Origin: Eubacteriales bacterium
GTDB lineage: Bacteria; Bacillota; Clostridia; Oscillospirales; CAG-382
Assembly: GCA_045604705.1 (NCBI GenBank)
Contig: JAZUOO010000043.1
Span: forward strand, 7,597-71,596
Direction: 5' to 3'
Length of the DNA stretch: 64,000 bases
The notes under the pieces were generated by a model. It was not told the DNA's origin. It saw nothing but the letters and a program-made list of their open reading frames with translations, and did not search any database. Of this stretch, positions 58,924 through 64,000 are shown one piece after another. Every line of letters begins with the position of its first letter. Position 1 is the stretch's first letter. The translations under genes were made by a program, and so were the position numbers.

Positions 58924-61044
58924 ATGGTACGTAAATGTAACAAAATAATCGCTAAAAAAGAAATCGGTAAGTACTGCGAAAGTGACTGCGCAGAATTTCA
59001 CCCCGAGATCCTAAACAACAGTGAACACAACAACATTAAAGGCATAAAGCATATTCATATAGATAATACAGATGAATACTGTTGCTGTGAAAGTGATAAA
59101 AAAGATAAATCGAAATACACGTGTGGATGTGACGAAGATGATAAAATCCATGCTCCACATATGTCCTGCGGCTGTTCCGAGTGCTGTCACGCCAACGACG
59201 AAGATGTATCCGGACTTTCAAAAATACTCTTAGCAGTCGGCGTACTGTTTCTCGTTTTAGCAGTCATAACGTCATTTTTCAAGATCCGATTTATTCCGCA
59301 AATATTTTACTTTATTTCATATATTTCCATCGGTTACAAGACATTCCAATCGCTTGTACGTGCATTGAAAGAAAAGCAATTCTTCGGCGAAACTACCCTT
59401 ATGACCGTTTCCTCGCTGGGTGCTATGATTATCGGCGAAATGATAGAAGGCTGTATGGTAATGCTTTTGTTCCGATTTGGAGAAATACTTGAACATAAAG
59501 CAATTGAAAAATCGGAAGATAATATTAAGCGACTTCTTGAAATGAGTCCGAAGATTGCAGAAAGAATACTCCCCGATGGTACTGTTGAAAAGGTATCACC
59601 CACAAATCTTGTCATTGGTGACATAGTTCTCGTAAAAGCAGGCGGCACCATTCCCTGCGACGGAGAAGTAATAGAAGGCTGTACAAATACCGACACATCA
59701 TCCATCACAGGTGAATCAGTTCCCATGGTAGCGGAGCGAGGCTCATCCGTAAGATGCGGTTATATTTCCCTTGACGGCTCATTAAAGGTTAAGGTTACTT
59801 CCTCATATGAAGATAACAGTTTTTCACGAATCCTTAATATCCTTTCGGAAAACAATAAAAGGAAATCTAAAAGCGAAACATTTTTTACAAAATTTGCACG
59901 GCTCTACACACCGATAGTTATTGCACTTGCCCTTGTTATAGTGGCGGCAGGCAGCATAATAACCGAAGATATATCCTCATGGATATATAAAGGGCTTGTA
60001 TTCCTTGCAACTTCCTGTCCGTGTGCCTTTGTAATATCCGTACCTCTCACATTTTTCTTCGGATTAGGTGAATGCGCAAAAAACGGACTCCTTGTCAAAG
60101 GCTCGGAATATATTGAGAAAACTTCAAAGATCAATGTAGTAGCTTTTGATAAAACGGGTACTCTTACAAAAGGCGAGCCTGTTATAGTTTCGGTAATAAC
60201 AGCCTTGGGATATGATGAAAACACCATAATATCCTACTGTGCATCCCTCGAAAAAAATTCTAATCACCCAATTGCGGCAAAAATAGTTGAATACGCCGAA
60301 GATCACTCTGTATCAACATTCGAGGCCACTGACATCCTTGAGATACCGGGTGAGGGGATTAGCGGTATCGTTAACGGCAAAAAAATCAAATGCGGAAATC
60401 ACAAAATAATCAAAAGCGATAACATTCTCAAAACAGACGATAACACGACTAAAGTTTATATTCTTCTTGATGAAACCCCAATTGGCGTAATTCAATTATC
60501 AGACACCGTAAAACCCGAAGCTCCCGAGGTAATGCGAAATCTGAAAAAACTTGGTATAAGCCGAATCCTAATGCTCACCGGTGATAATGAGGGAAGTTCA
60601 GCACAAACAGCGGAAATGTGTGGAATCACAGAAGTATTTTCATGCCTTGAACCGCATGAAAAAGCTAAAATAACAGAACAGGCAAAATCCGAAAATACTA
60701 AAGGAATAACAGCCTTCATTGGCGATGGTATCAACGATGCTCCTGTATTATCTGTGGCAGATGTTGGAATAGCGGTGGGTAGCACTGGCTCCGATATATG
60801 TGTTGAAACTGCTGATGTGGTGATTCTTGGTTCAACACTTGAAGTTCTGCCGAAGGGGATCAGATGTACAAGGAAGATTATGTCCCGAGTTAAATTCAAT
60901 ATTTCCTTTGCGCTCATTGTAAAAGCATTGATACTTATCCTCGCTGTTTTCGGGATCGCAAATATGTGGACAGCCGTTTTCGGAGATGTGGGTATCACGG
61001 TAATAGTCATACTCAACGCACTTAGAAAAATAAGGATAAAATAA
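58924..61044 (+). CDS. heavy-metal (Zn/Cd/Pb-type) translocating P1B-type ATPase
   Basis: AAGGAG RBS. TM CPC motif (SCPCAFV), DKTGTLT, GDGINDAP and TM8 GDVG. The Cys/His-rich N-terminus replaces a classical GMTCxxC HMA domain. Confidence 0.93.
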   Translation: MVRKCNKIIAKKEIGKYCESDCAEFHPEILNNSEHNNIKGIKHIHIDNTDEYCCCESDKKDKSKYTCGCDEDDKIHAPHMSCGCSECCHANDEDVSGLSKILLAVGVLFLVLAVITSFFKIRFIPQIFYFISYISIGYKTFQSLVRALKEKQFFGETTLMTVSSLGAMIIGEMIEGCMVMLLFRFGEILEHKAIEKSEDNIKRLLEMSPKIAERILPDGTVEKVSPTNLVIGDIVLVKAGGTIPCDGEVIEGCTNTDTSSITGESVPMVAERGSSVRCGYISLDGSLKVKVTSSYEDNSFSRILNILSENNKRKSKSETFFTKFARLYTPIVIALALVIVAAGSIITEDISSWIYKGLVFLATSCPCAFVISVPLTFFFGLGECAKNGLLVKGSEYIEKTSKINVVAFDKTGTLTKGEPVIVSVITALGYDENTIISYCASLEKNSNHPIAAKIVEYAEDHSVSTFEATDILEIPGEGISGIVNGKKIKCGNHKIIKSDNILKTDDNTTKVYILLDETPIGVIQLSDTVKPEAPEVMRNLKKLGISRILMLTGDNEGSSAQTAEMCGITEVFSCLEPHEKAKITEQAKSENTKGITAFIGDGINDAPVLSVADVGIAVGSTGSDICVETADVVILGSTLEVLPKGIRCTRKIMSRVKFNISFALIVKALILILAVFGIANMWTAVFGDVGITVIVILNALRKIRIK

Positions 61045-61295
61045 ATTCATGACAACGTCTAAAAACATTCGTTTTATTTGAATATAAATTGAAAATTTAC
61101 CAATTATATAATTGTAGCGATATTACATTCAAATTCCGTTTTTACTCAAAAAATATATTTGTTCAAGGATAGAATATACAAAGCATAAAACGAAAATCTT
61201 CCCACTAATTTATATTTTTTCAACACATAAAAAGAATATTGCAGTACATAGTAAATAAGGTATCGAAAGATACAGCAAAAAAGAAATGGTGGGAT

Positions 61296-62477
61296 ATGAT
61301 GAAATCAAATAAAAAAAGAAATATATCGTTATTACTGACGACGGCACTGTCCGTTTTTGCCTTTATATCGGCATTGGCATCCGGTGCTGCTGACAGAGTA
61401 ATTCCTGATAACAAAACAATACCGGGAAGTATCGGCGTTTCATATTACAGTGACGGCGTAAACGACACAATAGTAAAGACACAGGCAAAAGCAACTGTGT
61501 TCGGTGTTCCGCTGAAAGACGTTAAGGTTGATGTGATACCGAAAATGCGTCTTATTCCCGGAGGTGATGTGTTCGGCGTTAAATTCTTTACAAAAGGTGT
61601 AATGATCGTAGGAATGTCCGATGTCGAGAGCAATCAGGGTATACTTAACCCTGCGGAAAAATCAGGACTTTGTGTCGGCGACAGTATTATATCTCTTAAC
61701 GGCAGTGAAGTAAACACCGTTGAGGAAGTTGCGGAAATTGTGGAAAAAAGCGATGGCAAAAGCATTGCCGTCGAATATGAAAGGAATGGCGAGAGGGCTA
61801 GTACAACATTTGAGCCTTTAAAATCTTTGACCGATGGAAAATACAGATCCGGACTATGGGTCAGGGACAGTACCGCAGGTATAGGGACAATAACCTATTA
61901 CAACCCTGACAGCGGCGAATTTGCAGGTCTCGGGCACGGCATATGTGATATAGATACAGGAAAGCTTATGCCTATGCTTAAAGGCAATATTGTGGATATA
62001 GATGTAAGGGACATCATAAAGGGAACAGATGGACTTCCCGGAGAAATAAAAGGTGAATTCGGGATTATCAGAAGGGGCGAGCTTTTTAAAAACACTGAGC
62101 GAGGCGTATTCGGAACACTGAGCGAGAGACCATCCTGTGCCTTTTCCGAACCTGTAGATATAGCACCGAGCGGTGAAATCAAAGAAGGAAAGGCGTATAT
62201 ATACGCATCACTGGGTGAAGAAGAAATTAAAAAATACGAGATTGAACTAACCAAGATATACCATAACGATTCCAAAACAAAAAACTTCATTTTCACTGTA
62301 AGAGACGATGAGTTGATCGCAAAGACAGGTGGGATTATTCAGGGAATGTCCGGTTCTCCCATTCTGCAAAACGGCAAGCTTATCGGTGCGGTGACACACG
62401 TGCTTGTAAATGATTCTACCAAGGGATATGGAATTTTTATAGAAAATATGTTAGCTGAAGCAGAGAAAATTAAATAA
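61296..62477 (+). CDS. spoIVB: stage IV sporulation signalling protease SpoIVB (peptidase S55)
   Basis: GGTGGG RBS precedes ATG 61296. Signal/TM, PDZ region (GDSIISLNG..V) and catalytic GMSGSPI with downstream H. Confidence 0.9.
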   Translation: MMKSNKKRNISLLLTTALSVFAFISALASGAADRVIPDNKTIPGSIGVSYYSDGVNDTIVKTQAKATVFGVPLKDVKVDVIPKMRLIPGGDVFGVKFFTKGVMIVGMSDVESNQGILNPAEKSGLCVGDSIISLNGSEVNTVEEVAEIVEKSDGKSIAVEYERNGERASTTFEPLKSLTDGKYRSGLWVRDSTAGIGTITYYNPDSGEFAGLGHGICDIDTGKLMPMLKGNIVDIDVRDIIKGTDGLPGEIKGEFGIIRRGELFKNTERGVFGTLSERPSCAFSEPVDIAPSGEIKEGKAYIYASLGEEEIKKYEIELTKIYHNDSKTKNFIFTVRDDELIAKTGGIIQGMSGSPILQNGKLIGAVTHVLVNDSTKGYGIFIENMLAEAEKIK

Positions 62478-62483
62478 CGTGCA

Positions 62484-62519
62484 ACAGAAACACTCACTAT
62501 TTTTGGTGAGTGTTTCTGT
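62484..62519 (+). terminator. perfect 14-bp hairpin after spoIVB (terminator-like, no adjacent U-tract)
   Basis: ACAGAAACACTCAC-8 nt-GTGAGTGTTTCTGT, followed by CTAAAAACTTTT. Confidence 0.5.
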
Positions 62520-62592
62520 CTAAAAACTTTTATAATTTTTTAGACAAAAAGCAAATAATGAACTTTTTAAGAAAATAAATTAACCTAAAAGG

Positions 62593-62621
62593 TTGACAAA
62601 ACAAAATTTGTATGTTATAAT
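62593..62621 (+). promoter_or_regulatory. consensus sigma-A promoter of the XRE-ImmA module
   Basis: TTGACA - 17 nt - TATAAT with TGT extended -10. Confidence 0.7.
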
Positions 62622-62663
62622 GAGTTTGTGATTTGAAAAATCATAATTTAGGAGGTTACAAAA

Positions 62664-63023
62664 ATGATTACTGCTTTTGGAAAATTCTTGCGTATCCTGA
62701 GAATGGATAACGGAGAAATTTTAAAAACTATGGCTGAAAAACTGGAAGTTACATCTTCATTTCTTTCTGCTGTAGAGAATGGTAAGAAAAAAATCCCTGC
62801 AGAATGGGCAGAAAAAATTAGCAATTTGTATTCCTTATCTAATGATAAGATTATCGAATTGCAAAATGCCATAAGCGAAACAAATGAATGTGTTGAAATT
62901 GGACTCGCAAACCTCAATTTCAAGCAGAGAGAATTAGCATTTTCGTTTGCCCGCAAGTTAAATGGCTTTACTGATAATGAGTTGCAAAAGTTATGGCAAA
63001 TTTTAAAGGAGGACAAAAACTGA
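62664..63023 (+). CDS. XRE family HTH transcriptional regulator (ImmR/CapH-like position)
   Basis: AGGAGG RBS. N-terminal HTH_XRE pattern FGKFLRILRMDNGEILKTMAEKLEVTSSFLSAVENGKKKIP. Confidence 0.85.
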   Translation: MITAFGKFLRILRMDNGEILKTMAEKLEVTSSFLSAVENGKKKIPAEWAEKISNLYSLSNDKIIELQNAISETNECVEIGLANLNFKQRELAFSFARKLNGFTDNELQKLWQILKEDKN

Positions 63024-63026
63024 TTT

Positions 63027-63548
63027 ATGGCAAATGTGGTTGCGCAAGGCATATCAAGAAAAAAGATAAGGGCTTTTACCAAATATGTTCGTGAATTATG
63101 TGGAATGACAGACCGTATGTATTTCCCGGTAGTGGAGTTTCTTGAAATCATTCTACCTAATTTAATTGACGATTTTACATACGAGATAGTTGAACATTCA
63201 GAAATGCCGGATAAAGAGGGCGAAACTATCCCAAGTCTTAATACAATTAAAATTCGTGAAGATGTTTACGAAAAAGCTACTCAGGGTGACGGCAGAGCAA
63301 GATTTACAATTTTGCACGAAGTCGGACACTTGCTTATGCATGATAATGATAGAGTTGCACTTTGCAGAAAATCGGACAATGCTCCTGTAAAAGCTTATGA
63401 GGATCCCGAATGGCAGGCTGATGTTTTTGCCGGAGAGCTTTTGATAGCAGAACATCTTGTCAAAGGTATGAGTGTAAATGAGATTGAAATTCGTTGTGGT
63501 GCTTCTCACGCTGCAGCAGAGTGTCAATATAAACAAATAAGGAGGTAA
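63027..63548 (+). CDS. ImmA/IrrE family zinc metallopeptidase (COG2856/DUF955)
   Basis: AAGGAGG RBS. HEVGHLLMH (HExxH) followed by EWQADVFAGELL, the usual COG2856 signature. It starts 3 nt after the XRE stop. Confidence 0.85.
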   Translation: MANVVAQGISRKKIRAFTKYVRELCGMTDRMYFPVVEFLEIILPNLIDDFTYEIVEHSEMPDKEGETIPSLNTIKIREDVYEKATQGDGRARFTILHEVGHLLMHDNDRVALCRKSDNAPVKAYEDPEWQADVFAGELLIAEHLVKGMSVNEIEIRCGASHAAAECQYKQIRR

Positions 63549-63586
63549 CAAAAATGGGCAATCTCGGCTTCACTTGAAAAAAGAAA

Positions 63587-63686
63587 AAACACATTAGAAA
63601 AGTTGCTGGTAACAACTAAACAATGTGTTTCATCACGGATATGCTGAACGCATACCTACTGGATGAGTATAGTTTAGCATATCCGT
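63587..63686 (+). other. structured intergenic segment (two stem-loops) between the ImmA-like and DUF4417-like genes
   Basis: Hairpin A: AAACACATT (63587-63595) / AATGTGTTT (63622-63630) with inner GTTG/CAAC. Hairpin B: perfect 11-bp ACGGATATGCT (63635-63645) / AGCATATCCGT (63676-63686). Neither is followed by a U-tract. Confidence 0.3.
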
Positions 63687-63758
63687 AAACAAAAATCAAT
63701 AGATTGGAGTAATTTTTATGAAATTTATTATTTTTATGTTTACGGAGGAAACAAATTT

Positions 63759-64000
63759 ATGCAAAAAACTAAATATGACGACGGATTTCACAGTTATTTG
63801 GTAAATGGTGCTGCAATAGTGGGCGAGCCGGGAATTCCGTTACTTATGGATTTGAAAAACACACAAATACCAAGAGATATAGTGCCTTTTGAAAAGGCAA
63901 AATCTCAAACTGACAAGCGAAAATATGTGCATTTTTATATGCACGACAAAGATTTTTCTGATGTACTAACATCAACAACTAAATATCTTGACTTACTTAA
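63759..64000 (+). CDS. DUF4417-like protein, N-terminal part (3' end outside window)
   Basis: Not in the ORF track because no stop is reached. GGAGGA RBS 9 nt upstream of ATG 63759. MQKTKYDDGFHSYLVNGAAIVGEPGIPLLMDLKNTQIPRDIVPFEKAKSQTDKRKYVHFYMHDKDFSDVLTSTTKYLDLL fits the IP...VPF..AK.....VHFY..D..F......KYL..L pattern I recall for DUF4417. Confidence 0.6.
   Translation, partial: MQKTKYDDGFHSYLVNGAAIVGEPGIPLLMDLKNTQIPRDIVPFEKAKSQTDKRKYVHFYMHDKDFSDVLTSTTKYLDLL

Larger units (their letters stand above)
62540..64000. mobile_element. edge of a lower-GC accessory module (phage/ICE-like or regulated cassette), truncated by the window end
   Basis: An XRE + ImmA/IrrE regulator pair and a DUF4417-like gene are typical of mobile elements. 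A hand count of 62701-62760 gives 19/60 G+C versus 29/60 for a clpC sample line (30181-30240). No integrase or att is seen in-window. Confidence 0.4.

Noticed and set aside
60492-61016. 174-aa ORF antisense to the P1B ATPase gene
   Set aside because: It is a shadow ORF in the -1 frame of a strongly supported gene, and no independent signals support it.
61045-61295. Forespore sigma-F/G-type promoter upstream of spoIVB (GCATA ... CACTAAT)
   Set aside because: The spacing (15 nt) and the -10 sequence do not fit either consensus as I remember them, so I could not support a call.

Overview
The window looks like chromosomal DNA from an endospore-forming, SLH/S-layer-type Clostridia (Firmicutes) genome, read by eye from the ORF track and sequence. 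About 55 kb is ordinary, well-recognisable core. It includes cca, an IMPase-family gene, spo0A and csaB + a DUF5693-like membrane protein + murJ. It also includes tRNA-Leu(CAA), an AraC regulator with an ABC exporter, galM and a VanY-type peptidase. The complete class III heat-shock operon ctsR-mcsA-mcsB-clpC is present with three CtsR operators. Further on are a parvulin PPIase, VanZ, two polysaccharide deacetylases (one PdaA-like), argG-argH and a DUF3343 + class V aminotransferase pair. Then come an M23 peptidase, ligA, rlmA, a large SLH-anchored surface protein, lepA and hemW. The rest is a translationally coupled Cys/Met-PLP-enzyme-dapF-murE operon, pflB-pflA, a CadC-like ArsR repressor with a CPC-type P1B metal ATPase, and spoIVB. 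Two edges look accessory. (1) nt 1-3289 is the right end of a prophage. It ends in an orphan tRNA-Ser 3' fragment (attR-like) with its native terminator. Next comes a small set of uncharacterised secreted or lipoprotein genes, then a gene-decay zone at 7.46-8.4 kb. (2) From about 62.5 kb to the window end there is a lower-GC module: consensus promoter, XRE regulator, ImmA/IrrE-type HExxH peptidase, a structured 210-nt spacer and a DUF4417-like gene cut by the window edge. I did not find a complete, clearly novel multi-gene system inside the window. The best candidate for something undescribed is the XRE/ImmA-controlled cassette at the right edge, which is truncated. Next are the compositionally mosaic phage tail protein and the dual-operator metal-resistance promoter. 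All family calls come from motif recognition by eye, not database searches.
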